Of a stretch of DNA of 64,000 nucleotides, positions 39,685 through 50,324 are shown in pieces. The translations under genes were made by a program, and so were the position numbers. Under the pieces are notes generated by a model. That model made no database searches and had not been told where the DNA came from. It saw only the letters and a program-made list of their open reading frames with translations. The DNA lies in contig CAZTAM010000004.1 in the NCBI GenBank assembly GCA_964611625.1, forward strand, positions 81,138 to 145,137, read 5' to 3'. This DNA comes from an uncultured Nitrospiraceae bacterium. GTDB lineage: Bacteria; Nitrospirota; 9FT-COMBO-42-15; HDB-SIOI813. Each line of letters begins with the position of its first letter. Positions within the stretch are counted from its first letter, which is position 1.

Positions 39685-41085
39685 TTAAATATGTATCGCC
39701 TTTCCTTCGACCAAGTGTACCGCTTCCTTTATAACCTCTGACAGTGTCGGATGAGGAAATATAACATGTGAAATATCAGATGCCATGGCCTCAAAAGACA
39801 TCGCTATGGAAAGTCCGCCTATCAGCTCTGATACATCAGGCCCTATCATGTGAACACCGAGAATTTCATTGCTCTTTTTATCTGCCACAATCTTAATAAA
39901 TCCTCCTTCATCATCACCTGATATCACAGCCTTACTGCTTGCCGAGAATGGGAACTTGGCTGTCGCAACTTCATATCCCTTTTCCGCTGCATCCTTTACA
40001 GTAAACCCGATACTGGCCACCTGAGGATATGAATAATTAACCCTCGGTACTAAATGGAGATTTATTGCAGGAGTCTCTTTCCCTGCCATAAGAAGAACGG
40101 CCCGTATCCCTTCCTGAGAAGCCTTATGTGCCAACAGCGGAGGACCGGCAAGGTCTCCTATGGCATATATCCCGGGTCTCGATGTCTCATATCTGTCATT
40201 GATCTTGACAAATCCGTCATGAAGCTCTATGCCCAGTTCTTCAATACCTGTATTGGAAATTACAGGCCTTCTACCCAGGGCAACAAGCATCCTGTCAGCC
40301 GACAGAACCTCTTCATTCCCATTTTTTCCTTTAATGCCGGCGTGAACCTTTCCATCTGTAACTTTTACATTTTCAACCGTAGTTTCAACAATGATCTTTA
40401 CCCCTCTTTTTACCATGGACCTTTTGAGTATAGTACTTATGTCCCGTTCCTCAAACGGCAGGATTGAATCCTTCATCTCTATGATAGTAACCTCAGTACC
40501 GAGAGTACTGAAGAAACCGGCAAACTCAACACCAATGTCCCCGCCACCGGCAATAATCAATGAAGATGGCAGATCCTCCATCTGAAGGAGATCGTCACTT
40601 GTAACAACATACTTGTGATCAAAAGGTATCCAGGAAGGTTTCGTGGAGCATGAACCTGTGGCAAGAATGATTTTTTTACTCCGTATCTCGCCGCTGGCTT
40701 CTCCGCCCATCGACAGAACCACCTTATCAGCAGCCGCAACCCGTCCCTCCGCCTCCATCAAATCCACCCCATACTTTTTTAATAGCATTCTTACGCCATT
40801 GTGAAGCCTGTTTACGACCGAGTCCTTCCTTTTGACAATCTGAGAGAAGTCAAAACTGACGTTTCCAGCAGTGATGCCAAACTCCTGAGACTTCTTACAG
40901 AGATGATAAAGATGTGCAGAATAGAGAAGTGATTTTGTCGGGATGCACCCCCTGTGCAGGCATGTACCTCCTGCCTTATCTTTTTCGATAAGGCATGTCT
41001 TCATGCCAAGCTGTGCAGCCTTAATAGCGGCAACATAACCACCGGGGCCTCCTCCTATAACAGTTAAATCATATACGTTTTGCAA
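39685..41085 (-). CDS. lpdA: Dihydrolipoyl dehydrogenase
   Basis: GGGPGGYVAA FAD motif, GTCLHRGCIPTK redox-active disulfide, C-terminal dimerisation HPTLSE. Confidence 0.9.
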   Translation of the reverse strand: MQNVYDLTVIGGGPGGYVAAIKAAQLGMKTCLIEKDKAGGTCLHRGCIPTKSLLYSAHLYHLCKKSQEFGITAGNVSFDFSQIVKRKDSVVNRLHNGVRMLLKKYGVDLMEAEGRVAAADKVVLSMGGEASGEIRSKKIILATGSCSTKPSWIPFDHKYVVTSDDLLQMEDLPSSLIIAGGGDIGVEFAGFFSTLGTEVTIIEMKDSILPFEERDISTILKRSMVKRGVKIIVETTVENVKVTDGKVHAGIKGKNGNEEVLSADRMLVALGRRPVISNTGIEELGIELHDGFVKINDRYETSRPGIYAIGDLAGPPLLAHKASQEGIRAVLLMAGKETPAINLHLVPRVNYSYPQVASIGFTVKDAAEKGYEVATAKFPFSASSKAVISGDDEGGFIKIVADKKSNEILGVHMIGPDVSELIGGLSIAMSFEAMASDISHVIFPHPTLSEVIKEAVHLVEGKAIHI

Positions 41086-41174
41086 GATATCTCCCTATTG
41101 AATAACTTTACAAACAATTCATGCTTTTGTAACATGATGGTAACAAAAAGATGTTATTTTTACAAACATAATAC

Positions 41175-41867
41175 ATGGCGGGATTCAAGATGAAGCAAAC
41201 TATTTTAGTTGTTGATGATGAGAACGACATATTGACACTGCTTAAATATAACCTTGAGAAGGGCGGCTTTAACGTCTTATCTTCCCAGGACGGACCTGAA
41301 GCAATTAATACTGCGGAAAAGGAAAGACCGGACCTTATTATACTCGATATCATGCTCCCGAGTATGGAAGGGACGGAGGTCTGCAGGATCCTCAAGGGAA
41401 ACGGCGGAACACGGGATATTCCTATCATAATGCTTACAGCAAAGGGTGATGAAATAGACCGCATAGTCGGCTTCGAGCTTGGGGCTGATGATTACATCAT
41501 CAAGCCATTCAGCCCCAGGGAACTCGTTTTACGCGTTAAAGCAGTCTTAAAAAGGGGACGGGAAAAAGAGATAAAGGTCATAAAGGCCGGCCCTGTCAAT
41601 ATAGATATAGGTAAGTCCACAGCCAGTGTTGAGGGGAAGGTGTTAAACCTGACAGCCACGGAGTTCCGGCTGCTGATGGAACTGGCTAAATCACCCGGGA
41701 TTGTACTTTCAAGGGAGGTCTTGCTCAACAGAGTATGGGGAGAAGAATGTTTCGTCATTGACAGGACTGTAGACACACATGTAACGAGGCTTCGCGAAAA
41801 ACTCGGTGATTACGGCGCCTTTATTGAAACCGTACGAGGCTTTGGTTACAGGTTCAGGGAGCTTTAG
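41175..41867 (+). CDS. OmpR/PhoB-family response regulator
   Basis: Receiver domain (DDENDIL...DLIILD) plus a winged-helix C-terminus. Confidence 0.85.
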   Translation: MAGFKMKQTILVVDDENDILTLLKYNLEKGGFNVLSSQDGPEAINTAEKERPDLIILDIMLPSMEGTEVCRILKGNGGTRDIPIIMLTAKGDEIDRIVGFELGADDYIIKPFSPRELVLRVKAVLKRGREKEIKVIKAGPVNIDIGKSTASVEGKVLNLTATEFRLLMELAKSPGIVLSREVLLNRVWGEECFVIDRTVDTHVTRLREKLGDYGAFIETVRGFGYRFREL

Positions 41868-41881
41868 GGAGTATTTTTTAC

Positions 41882-42898
41882 ATGAAGCTATTGGAAGCAA
41901 TTGTCAGAGAGATGGAGATAGGGGTTCTTGTAATCGATTCGGGAAAAAACATCCTCTTTACAAACCCATTTTTTAAAGATTCATTTCTGATGAGAGGGAC
42001 ATCATACGGAAATAAAGTCTCAGACATTATTGGAGATCACAACCTTCTTGAAGCAATAGACAAGACATTGAGATCAAAAGACACAACTCCGGAAAAGGTT
42101 ATCATGGAGGGAGAAAGCGGGAATGTCCTTGAGGTGCGCCTTGTCCACTTTGTAGAAGAATCCATCAGGGGACTTATAGGGTTTTTCCGTGACATTACAG
42201 AAGAAAAAAGGGTGGAGGCCATAAAGAGGGACTTTGTAGCAAACGTCAGCCACGAACTGAGGACACCGCTGGCCAGCATTAAAGGTTATGCCGAGACATT
42301 GCTTGATGGCGCCATGGATGACAGGAATATACTGAATAATTTTCTCTCCATCATTGACAAGCACGCTAACAGAATGACTGCACTAATAGACGACCTTCTG
42401 ATTTTATCCAAACTCGAATCACAGCAGATGCCTCTTAACCTTGAGGCAGTTGATATCCAGGGGTTAATACAGGGTGTAATACACAGCCTGGAGAAAAATG
42501 CAAAGGACAAGGGATTGAAATTAACCGGAGAGGTTCAAAAAGGAATACCAAAGACAATGAGTGACAAGGTGCGCCTTGAACAGGTAATCGTTAACCTTAT
42601 TGATAACGCGCTCAAGTATACAAACCAGGGTGAAGTCAGGGTTCAGGCATGCAAAGAGGGGAAAAATATAAGAGTTGATGTAGAAGATACCGGAACAGGC
42701 ATCCCTGAAAAGGATCTGTCGAGGATATTCGAAAGGTTTTACCGCGTTGATAAAGGTAGAAGCAGAGATCTTGGAGGCACCGGCCTCGGCCTCGCTATAG
42801 TAAAGCACATTATTTCGGCCCATAATGGCAGGATATGGGTACAGAGCCAGCCAGGCAAAGGCACGACATTTTCATTTACGATACCTGTTTTAACCTGA
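41882..42898 (+). CDS. Cytoplasmic PAS-containing histidine kinase (PhoR-like), cognate to the upstream response regulator
   Basis: HELRTPLASIKGY H-box and HATPase_c GTGLGLAIVKHII. No TM segment. Confidence 0.8.
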   Translation: MKLLEAIVREMEIGVLVIDSGKNILFTNPFFKDSFLMRGTSYGNKVSDIIGDHNLLEAIDKTLRSKDTTPEKVIMEGESGNVLEVRLVHFVEESIRGLIGFFRDITEEKRVEAIKRDFVANVSHELRTPLASIKGYAETLLDGAMDDRNILNNFLSIIDKHANRMTALIDDLLILSKLESQQMPLNLEAVDIQGLIQGVIHSLEKNAKDKGLKLTGEVQKGIPKTMSDKVRLEQVIVNLIDNALKYTNQGEVRVQACKEGKNIRVDVEDTGTGIPEKDLSRIFERFYRVDKGRSRDLGGTGLGLAIVKHIISAHNGRIWVQSQPGKGTTFSFTIPVLT

Positions 42899-42912
42899 CC
42901 ATTTCCAGTTAT

Positions 42913-45159
42913 TTACTCAGGACCTGCGGCCCGGGCGGGATCTGTCCACAAGGCCGACCAAACCTGCCCCTCGTGTATGAAATGTGCACTGTCATTTAAG
43001 ATAATGGCACGGTCATTACCGTAGCTGTAATCATAGATATTCACATCCGATCGTTCTTCGGCGATCAGTTGACCTGACAGGGTAATTTCACTTTTTCCCT
43101 GCACAGATATATCAAAAAGGTAAAGGGCCGTGTGGGTCCATTCATAATAATCCCACGGGTTCCCTGTGATGTCTCTGCTTGCAGAGTCATGGAGACTCAC
43201 AGGTATCGCAAGACGCGCCGGCTTTTCTCCAAGAGCCGGGATATAGGCAAAGGCGTGATGATCTATCAGCGCATCCGATTCAGTCCCGCGCCTCCCAATC
43301 ACCATACTGTCCAGCTCCAGCGGCTTTGCCGGATCCTGAACATCGAACAGGGATAGCTTCACCCCCTGGTACCAGGCCCCGCGTCCATCACCCCATCCAA
43401 TGGTGCCGGTATCAGGCACGGCATCCTTCCCAATCCCCAGAAGAAGGGTTTCGCTGACAGGATGGAGATAATCAGAGTATCCGCTTATCTCAAGTTCGCC
43501 CGCAATGTAAGGTTCAGCAGGGTCTTTCAGATCAATAACGTAGAACGGGTCCGTGACACGAAAGGTAACCAGATACACCCTGTCTCCAAGAAAGCGGGCG
43601 GCATAAAGCCTTTCGCCGGGTTTCCCTATCGGTGCCGGATGCGAGTCGTTCGGAAGGCGGGAGGCCTCCACAAGACGCCCTTCTCCTTCAGTTTCTGATT
43701 CTTTTAATATTGTCAGCACAGTTCGTGCGCTTGAATCCCATGTCTCTCCAAGCGATGTGACAATCCGGATGTATCCGTCCTTTTCCCCCATGCGGAACGA
43801 CTTCTTGTCCTGCTCCCATCCGAGATGCCCCGGTACTACACCCGAACCGACATAAACCGGCTCAGCGGAATCAAAAGAAAACTTGTGCAGATCAGTCTCA
43901 ACCTCAGGGCTGGTATAGGCAATCGTCATCCGAACCGCATTAGAGGAACTTATATCCGCATCGCCAGAAAGGGGCATTGGAAAATAACGGTAGCGGGTGG
44001 TTGCCAGATAGAGAGACTGCTGTGAAACATATACTGTCTCCGCCTGCCCCACTATGCAGCTTGATCTGGGAGTCTGAGGTGATGCAAGATCTATGGCTGT
44101 AACAGTAATGATATCAGGAGTTGCGACCACATCCTTCGGCAGAGGCGGCACGTAGCAGTTCTCGGGTTTCACCAGATCCCCCTCTTTCTTGCCATTTATT
44201 CTGATATCAGGCAGAAGGTCCGAAAGTGATGCGCCCTGCAAAAGAACTGTATTTTCCTGTTTCTCCTTTTCTGTTGCAGGATAGGGTAAATAACCCTCAA
44301 TATAAGGCGTGTATCGTGAAACAATGTAGATGATATCCCCGATGCGGCGGCTTGCAATAAGATATCCGTCAATTGACAGGCTGGCGGCTGCAGCAGGTTT
44401 TGCCGGATTACTGACATTGAACAATTCGAGAGTGGTCCTGCCGCTTCTCCAGTTCCATGGCATAAACCAGTCCTCCATGGGGGTGCCGGAGTCTCCCGAG
44501 CCAATAACCGCAAGGAGATCAGAGAGCCCGTCACCACGGCCGTTTACAAGGTACAGGCTTTCTACTATTGAAGATTCCGTCAAACTGATCGCAGCCGACT
44601 CCGAGACGGAAGGTGGTGAATCAGAGAGTTCCATGACCCTGATCTTGTTGGCGTATTTCTGATAGAACGACTCCTCTTCCTCACCGGAAGATTCGCCGGC
44701 TTTACCTCCCCTCACTATTTCATTTATCCCATCCATGAATCCGTAATAGGGGTAGGGACTCTTGACGGCTATATAGAGATGACGGCCATCGGTCTTGATC
44801 AGGTCACCCTCGTCAACGCCGGCCTCCTGCAGAATGGTTGATGAAAATACAGCCTTTGAACTGTCAGTTGAACCAATGACTTCCTGTCCTGATACGGTGA
44901 TAGTATCGGTGATCACCTGGGTATCTGTTATTATGACACCGCCGGAAGATGATTCAGAAGACTGCTTTTTTATAGCCTCCTTGAGATACGTTTCCATTGC
45001 CGGAGAAGAGACGAAACGGGCAAGTGAGTATTGATGCTTTCGATCTCTGACCAGGTCGTCAGTATTTACCGACGTGCCAGTATCGTCAGTCCTTGCAGAC
45101 CCACATCCGGCTGCTGACAGGATAATTACAATTGATGCAATCCATTTGATGAATGACAT
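42913..45159 (-). CDS. Large secreted lipoprotein with a C-terminal beta-propeller domain (Beta_propel / PF09826-like)
   Basis: Lipobox ILSAAGCGS, 748 aa. The family assignment is from recalled sequence character only. Confidence 0.45.
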   Translation of the reverse strand: MSFIKWIASIVIILSAAGCGSARTDDTGTSVNTDDLVRDRKHQYSLARFVSSPAMETYLKEAIKKQSSESSSGGVIITDTQVITDTITVSGQEVIGSTDSSKAVFSSTILQEAGVDEGDLIKTDGRHLYIAVKSPYPYYGFMDGINEIVRGGKAGESSGEEEESFYQKYANKIRVMELSDSPPSVSESAAISLTESSIVESLYLVNGRGDGLSDLLAVIGSGDSGTPMEDWFMPWNWRSGRTTLELFNVSNPAKPAAAASLSIDGYLIASRRIGDIIYIVSRYTPYIEGYLPYPATEKEKQENTVLLQGASLSDLLPDIRINGKKEGDLVKPENCYVPPLPKDVVATPDIITVTAIDLASPQTPRSSCIVGQAETVYVSQQSLYLATTRYRYFPMPLSGDADISSSNAVRMTIAYTSPEVETDLHKFSFDSAEPVYVGSGVVPGHLGWEQDKKSFRMGEKDGYIRIVTSLGETWDSSARTVLTILKESETEGEGRLVEASRLPNDSHPAPIGKPGERLYAARFLGDRVYLVTFRVTDPFYVIDLKDPAEPYIAGELEISGYSDYLHPVSETLLLGIGKDAVPDTGTIGWGDGRGAWYQGVKLSLFDVQDPAKPLELDSMVIGRRGTESDALIDHHAFAYIPALGEKPARLAIPVSLHDSASRDITGNPWDYYEWTHTALYLFDISVQGKSEITLSGQLIAEERSDVNIYDYSYGNDRAIILNDSAHFIHEGQVWSALWTDPARAAGPE

Positions 45160-45282
45160 AAAAAATCCGTAATAGGCTTAAATGAACTTCCAAGCCATTA
45201 TACCTTAAAGCCTGAAATGATCACAACCTGTTTTAATGATGTCATTTACTTTGTAAAGCCGGATACCTTCTCATACTGCATA

Positions 45283-46365
45283 TTATCCCGGCAGTTCACA
45301 TATCCTTCGCCCTGTTTCCCTGTCAAACAACATGACTTTATCCCGTGGTATCCTTATGAAGCCGGGGCATCCCGGGAAAAGCCGGGCATCAATAGCTGAC
45401 CTGCCCTTTATCATGACACCGCCCCATGCAACATCAACCCAGTTATACGATCCAGCGGATTCAATAAGGGTAACGGCTGCTTCAATGCTGTCTTCCGCTT
45501 TCGCAGATGACACGATTATGTCTTCAGGACGAATGCCAATAGTGAGCTCTCTGCTTTCAGGGGGAATGACGGTTACCGGTGAAATGATCACACCGCCGCA
45601 ATCGACCTCGACAGGTTCGCGTTTTTTGAGCAAGGCCGGAATAAAGTTCATTGACGGGCTTCCCACAAAACCGGCCACCATTGTATTAACGGGGCTCATA
45701 AATATCTCCTGCGGGGTTCCGCACTGCTGCACCCTGCCTTCATGAATGACTGCTATGCGGTCTGACATGCCCATTGCCTCTGACTGATCATGAGTCACAT
45801 AAACGGTTGTGATTTTCAGATCATTATGGAAGCGTTTGAGCTCTGCCCTCATCTCAACCCGCAGCCTTGCATCAAGGTTTGAAAGAGGCTCATCCATGAG
45901 AAAGACCGCGGGCTTTCGAATGATCGCCCTTCCCAGGGCTACCCTCTGCCTTTGTCCTCCGGAGAGTTCACGCGGTTTCCTGTTAAGTAATCCGTCTATG
46001 CCAAGCAGGCTGGCGACCCTTCGCACTTCCCTGTCAATCATCTCCCGTTTTGCCTTTTTCATCTTAAGAGGAAATGCAATGTTTTCATACACAGTCATGT
46101 GAGGATAAAGGGCATAACTCTGAAACACCATTGCTACATCCCTGGCAGCAGGAGAAAGATCATTAACGCGTCTGCCTCCGAAACTGACTATACCACCAGT
46201 GGGGTCTTCAAGGCCTGCTGTAATATTCAGGATCGTGGACTTGCCGCATCCGCTCGGACCGACAAAAGTAAAAAACTCACCGTCCTCAATGCGCAGGGTA
46301 AGGTCTTTTATGACCTGCACCCCTCCAAAGCTCTTGCTTATGTTTTCATATGATATCTCTGCCAT
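45283..46365 (-). CDS. Sugar ABC transporter ATP-binding protein (MalK/UgpC-like)
   Basis: Walker A GPSGCGKST, LSGGQRQR signature, C-terminal TOBE-like domain. Start placed at MAEISYENI; the upstream ORF extension overlaps the permease. Confidence 0.85.
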   Translation of the reverse strand: MAEISYENISKSFGGVQVIKDLTLRIEDGEFFTFVGPSGCGKSTILNITAGLEDPTGGIVSFGGRRVNDLSPAARDVAMVFQSYALYPHMTVYENIAFPLKMKKAKREMIDREVRRVASLLGIDGLLNRKPRELSGGQRQRVALGRAIIRKPAVFLMDEPLSNLDARLRVEMRAELKRFHNDLKITTVYVTHDQSEAMGMSDRIAVIHEGRVQQCGTPQEIFMSPVNTMVAGFVGSPSMNFIPALLKKREPVEVDCGGVIISPVTVIPPESRELTIGIRPEDIIVSSAKAEDSIEAAVTLIESAGSYNWVDVAWGGVMIKGRSAIDARLFPGCPGFIRIPRDKVMLFDRETGRRICELPG

Positions 46366-46367
46366 AT

Positions 46368-47180
46368 TCAGCCCTTGACCGCCCCGGACGTGAGTCCGCT
46401 TATTATCCTTTTCTGAAAGAGAAAAACCATGAGTACAAGGGGAATTGTTGATACAGTAGACGCTGCCGCTATCTCCCCCCATGGCATAGTGTATTGACCC
46501 TGAAAAAGCGCTATCCCTACCGGCAGGGTCTGAAGGTCCTGACGAGTCATAATCAGCAGTGCGAAAAAGAATTCATTCCACGCATAGATAAACACCAGTA
46601 TGGCTGCCGTAAAAACCCCGGGCGCCGAGAGCGGAACGATGATCCTGAATAGTGTCTGCAGATGCCCGCACCCGTCTATCTTTGCGGCAGCCTCAAGATC
46701 AGGAGGTATGTCCTTAAAAAAACTTGCGAGTATCCAGACCCCCAGGGGTAGCGTTAATGTAATATATGGAATAATCAGTCCCTGATAACTGTTGAGCCAT
46801 CCGATCTCCTGCAGCATCCTCCAGACAGGTCCTGCAATAGATATCTGCGGGAACATCGAAACGACCAGAAGGCTTCCCATAAAAACACCTTTGCAGGCAA
46901 ATCTGAGGCGGGCAAGCGCATATCCCATAATTATGGAAATCAAAACTGTAATAACCGTTGTAATGCCGGCGACGATAAAGCTGTTTTTGACAAAGTGAAT
47001 AAGATTATATCTGAAAATTGCCGAACTGTATGACCCTAATGTCCCGGAGGGGATCAATACCGGCGGGATAGAAGTTATCTCAATTGCGCTCTTAAGAGAG
47101 GTATTCACAAACCACAGGAATGGAAATAGGCTCAGCGATACTATTATGATAACCAGTATAAAAAATGCCGTTTTATTCAT
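46368..47180 (-). CDS. Sugar ABC transporter permease (MalG/UgpE-like)
   Basis: Six-TM protein with an EAAAKIDGCG EAA loop. Confidence 0.8.
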   Translation of the reverse strand: MNKTAFFILVIIIVSLSLFPFLWFVNTSLKSAIEITSIPPVLIPSGTLGSYSSAIFRYNLIHFVKNSFIVAGITTVITVLISIIMGYALARLRFACKGVFMGSLLVVSMFPQISIAGPVWRMLQEIGWLNSYQGLIIPYITLTLPLGVWILASFFKDIPPDLEAAAKIDGCGHLQTLFRIIVPLSAPGVFTAAILVFIYAWNEFFFALLIMTRQDLQTLPVGIALFQGQYTMPWGEIAAASTVSTIPLVLMVFLFQKRIISGLTSGAVKG

Positions 47181-47187
47181 ATCAGTT

Positions 47188-48078
47188 TTATCTTAACATC
47201 CTCGTCCCTATCACCCTTATATAAAACAGTGCTATGACAAGAGATATCAAAAATACGAGCACCGAGATAGTCGAGCCGTACCCCATAATCCCTTCAGTAA
47301 ATATCTTCTTGTATCCGTAAAACTGAAGCACATTGGTGGAATCAGCAGGGCCGCCCTGCGTCATAACAAAAACGAGATCAAAGACCCTGAATGCATCCAT
47401 TGTCCTGAAAAGAAGCGCGATAAGGATTGCCGGTTTGATAAGCGGCAGAGTAATTCTAATGAACTGCTGCCGCCGGGAAGCGCCGTCTATTCTTGCGGCA
47501 CGGTACAGCTCCTCCGGTATCAGCTGCAGCCCCGCGAGGATGAGCAGTCCTGCAAATGATGAGGTTTTCCAGACATCCGCTATTACAATAGCAGCAAATG
47601 CGGTAGACGGGTTTGCGAGCCACGCGGTATAGGCCTGGGTGTCACTTCCAAAAAAGAGATAATTGAACAGCCCGTACTTATCATTAAATATAAATCTCCA
47701 CATCTGGGAAGAAACAACCGTTGGCACCGCCCACGGGACAAGTACTGCCGCCCTTACAATCCCTCTGCCCATAAAGTGCTTGTTTATTACAAGTGCAATT
47801 ACCAGCCCGGCCAGTATCTCAAGAAATGTTGTTGAAAAAACAAACGCCAGTGTATTCAGCATTGAATGGAGGGCGACGTCATCCTGAAAAAGCTGTCTGT
47901 AGTTATCCAGGCCTGTGAAAGGCCTGCCCAGGTGCGGCAGTCCAAGCACTATCCTGTGAAGGCTCAGATAGACTGAATAAAGTATGGGATAAAAGGCAAA
48001 GGCAGAAATAATGAGCAGTCCCGGTGTCATCAGGGCAGCCGCAAAAGCCTTTTCCCGCGCTGCATATGAAAGCCTCAT
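47188..48078 (-). CDS. Sugar ABC transporter permease (MalF/UgpA-like)
   Basis: EAA-loop-like RAARIDGASRRQQF region in a six-TM protein. Confidence 0.8.
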   Translation of the reverse strand: MRLSYAAREKAFAAALMTPGLLIISAFAFYPILYSVYLSLHRIVLGLPHLGRPFTGLDNYRQLFQDDVALHSMLNTLAFVFSTTFLEILAGLVIALVINKHFMGRGIVRAAVLVPWAVPTVVSSQMWRFIFNDKYGLFNYLFFGSDTQAYTAWLANPSTAFAAIVIADVWKTSSFAGLLILAGLQLIPEELYRAARIDGASRRQQFIRITLPLIKPAILIALLFRTMDAFRVFDLVFVMTQGGPADSTNVLQFYGYKKIFTEGIMGYGSTISVLVFLISLVIALFYIRVIGTRMLR

Positions 48079-48084
48079 AACTGA

Positions 48085-49434
48085 CTATTTACCCAATGCA
48101 ATGATCTTCTCAATCTCCCTTGACGCCTCCTTTGCTTCATACTCCAGATCAATATCAGGTGATGATATGGCCTTACTGAAATATCTCTGCAATACATTTG
48201 AGATAGCTGGATAAAGAGGTGAACCCGGACGCGGATAGGCGGTAATAAAGACCTCCTTCATATCACTGAAGTGGGGATTGGCCTTCAGGATTTCTGCGTC
48301 ACCATATAAGGCTTCCCTCGTCGGGGCACGTCCCCCTTTCAGCGCGAATATTTTCTGCACCCTTTCACTTGTCAGGAATTCAACAAATTTCCACGCTGCT
48401 TCCTTGTTTTTTGAATAGCTGCTGATGCCCGCCTGCCAGCCTCCAAGGGCTGCATAGCTCCTGTTGCCTTTAAAGTGAGGCAGTTTTGATATGCCTGCCT
48501 TGCCCGCAATCCGTGATCTTTCAGGGTCATTTGAGATCTGCCACGCATAAGGCCAGTTTCTGTGAAAAACGGCTTTTCCCTGAATAAACAGATCAAGAGA
48601 TTCCGGCTCCTGATATGTCAGCACACCCTTTGGCGCGGCTTTTCCGATAATGTTATTTCTCACAAATTCCACCGCCTCGATTGCAGGTCTTTGAGATATT
48701 CCCGGTTTTTCAGTTTTTGGATTTAAGATCTCACCGCCGTTACTCAATATATATTCCATCATATCACACACAAGACCCTCGTACTGCTTGAACTGCCCGG
48801 AAAACCCGTATAGCTCGTTACCTTCTCCTGCTTCTCCGGACACAATAACCTGCGCCTGTTCAACCATTTCGTGCCACGTCTGAGGAGGCTCAAAGCCGTA
48901 TTTGTCAAGAAGGTCTTTACGGTAGAAGAGCATCCCGCTGTCGATAAAAAGCGGGACCCCGTAGATTTTATCCCGGTAAGTATTGGCGAGTATGGTCCCC
49001 TCCAAAAACCCTGAACGCTCCGATGGCGGGAACAATTCGTCAAGAGGCATTGCCCATCCGGCCGCTCCAAACTCCGCGGGCCAGATAACGTCCATCAAAA
49101 AAACATCCACGTCTTCACTCCTGTTCTTGAGCTTCTGGGTCAGGAGGTCATGAAATGCTGAAGAAGAATGGGGACCGATCTCTCTCTCTACGTTTATACC
49201 AGGATGTTCAATCTCAAAAAGCCGGATTATTTCTTCCTGTACCCCGGGGATATTCGGTTTCCACGTTACAAAATAAATAGTAGTCTTTTCATCGCTCTTT
49301 TTTTTTGTGCATCCGGATATGAAATTAACAGACAGAAGAAGCATCAGGATTAATATACATATCTGACCAGGTGAAAAGATCCCTGATGTCCTCAGAGTAC
49401 GCATGTTAACCATTTTAACCTCCTGTTTTATCAA
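48085..49434 (-). CDS. Extracellular solute-binding protein (family 1) lipoprotein
   Basis: Lipobox FISGCT, SBP_bac_1 character. The start may be the Met a few codons downstream. Confidence 0.75.
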   Translation of the reverse strand: MIKQEVKMVNMRTLRTSGIFSPGQICILILMLLLSVNFISGCTKKKSDEKTTIYFVTWKPNIPGVQEEIIRLFEIEHPGINVEREIGPHSSSAFHDLLTQKLKNRSEDVDVFLMDVIWPAEFGAAGWAMPLDELFPPSERSGFLEGTILANTYRDKIYGVPLFIDSGMLFYRKDLLDKYGFEPPQTWHEMVEQAQVIVSGEAGEGNELYGFSGQFKQYEGLVCDMMEYILSNGGEILNPKTEKPGISQRPAIEAVEFVRNNIIGKAAPKGVLTYQEPESLDLFIQGKAVFHRNWPYAWQISNDPERSRIAGKAGISKLPHFKGNRSYAALGGWQAGISSYSKNKEAAWKFVEFLTSERVQKIFALKGGRAPTREALYGDAEILKANPHFSDMKEVFITAYPRPGSPLYPAISNVLQRYFSKAISSPDIDLEYEAKEASREIEKIIALGK

Positions 49435-49609
49435 GACACAAATATAACGTATCGTTTAAGAAAAGTGAAGGGTAAACCCGGACATGGAAGTTCAAATGTA
49501 TGGTCAAATGTGAAATTAACGTCAAGAGCTTGACTGTCCCGTCAAGCTTTACTGAGGAATAATTCTTTATACATTTGCAAATATACTTATAATTCAAATA
49601 GATATGATG

Positions 49610-49625
49610 TGGCATTTATCTTGCT
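49610..49625 (+). promoter_or_regulatory. Candidate sigma-54 (-24/-12) promoter for the major pilin gene
   Basis: TGGCAT-N5-TTGC matches the TGGCAC-N5-TTGC consensus and sits about 70 nt upstream of the pilin ATG. Confidence 0.5.
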
Positions 49626-49694
49626 CAGTCTTATCCACGTGATAATAACAATGCAGGCAGACCGTAGTCTGCCTGCAACAAAAAAGGAGAAAAT

Positions 49695-50324
49695 ATGAAG
49701 ATGCAAAGGATGAGGATGCTTAGTAAGAAGACTCTTCGGAATCAGAAAGGGTTCACGCTCGTCGAACTGGCGATAGTGCTCGTGATCATAGGATTAATAC
49801 TTGGAGCTGTGCTCAAAGGCCAGGAGCTTATAAATAATGCCAGGACGAAGAGACTTTACAGTCAGCAGAAGGAAATCCATGCTTCCATATACACCTATCT
49901 GGATAAATACGGAAAATATCCGGGGGATGACAATAATGCCAATGCACGATGGGGAATCAACGACGGGAATAATAATGGCCAGGTCACAGGGTTTACCACT
50001 AACTGTGCTGCTGCTGCAACTACAGAGACCTGCACTGCCTGGAGAGGGTTAAGGCTTGCAAACCTCATGTCAGGAGATGCAACATCAGCGATAAATCCAG
50101 GCAACCCATACGGCGGGAGCGCGGCGATAGGCAGTGTGGCAGTCCAGGGGTTGAACACTCATTGGATAGGTTTTACAAACGTACCGTACGATGTATGCCA
50201 GAACCTTGATCAGCAGTATGATGATGGAAGTCCAACCGGAGGCTACAATACCGGAGATATCAGGGGATCAGGCAATTACAATACAGCAACCAGCGGTGTA
50301 TTTACATTATATTTCAGATTTTAA
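49695..50324 (+). CDS. Type IV pilin / pseudopilin (candidate major pilin)
   Basis: Prepilin N-terminus KG|FTLVELAIVLVIIGLILGA with Glu+5. 19-aa leader. Two C-terminal Cys pairs. Its own terminator follows. Confidence 0.8.
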   Translation: MKMQRMRMLSKKTLRNQKGFTLVELAIVLVIIGLILGAVLKGQELINNARTKRLYSQQKEIHASIYTYLDKYGKYPGDDNNANARWGINDGNNNGQVTGFTTNCAAAATTETCTAWRGLRLANLMSGDATSAINPGNPYGGSAAIGSVAVQGLNTHWIGFTNVPYDVCQNLDQQYDDGSPTGGYNTGDIRGSGNYNTATSGVFTLYFRF

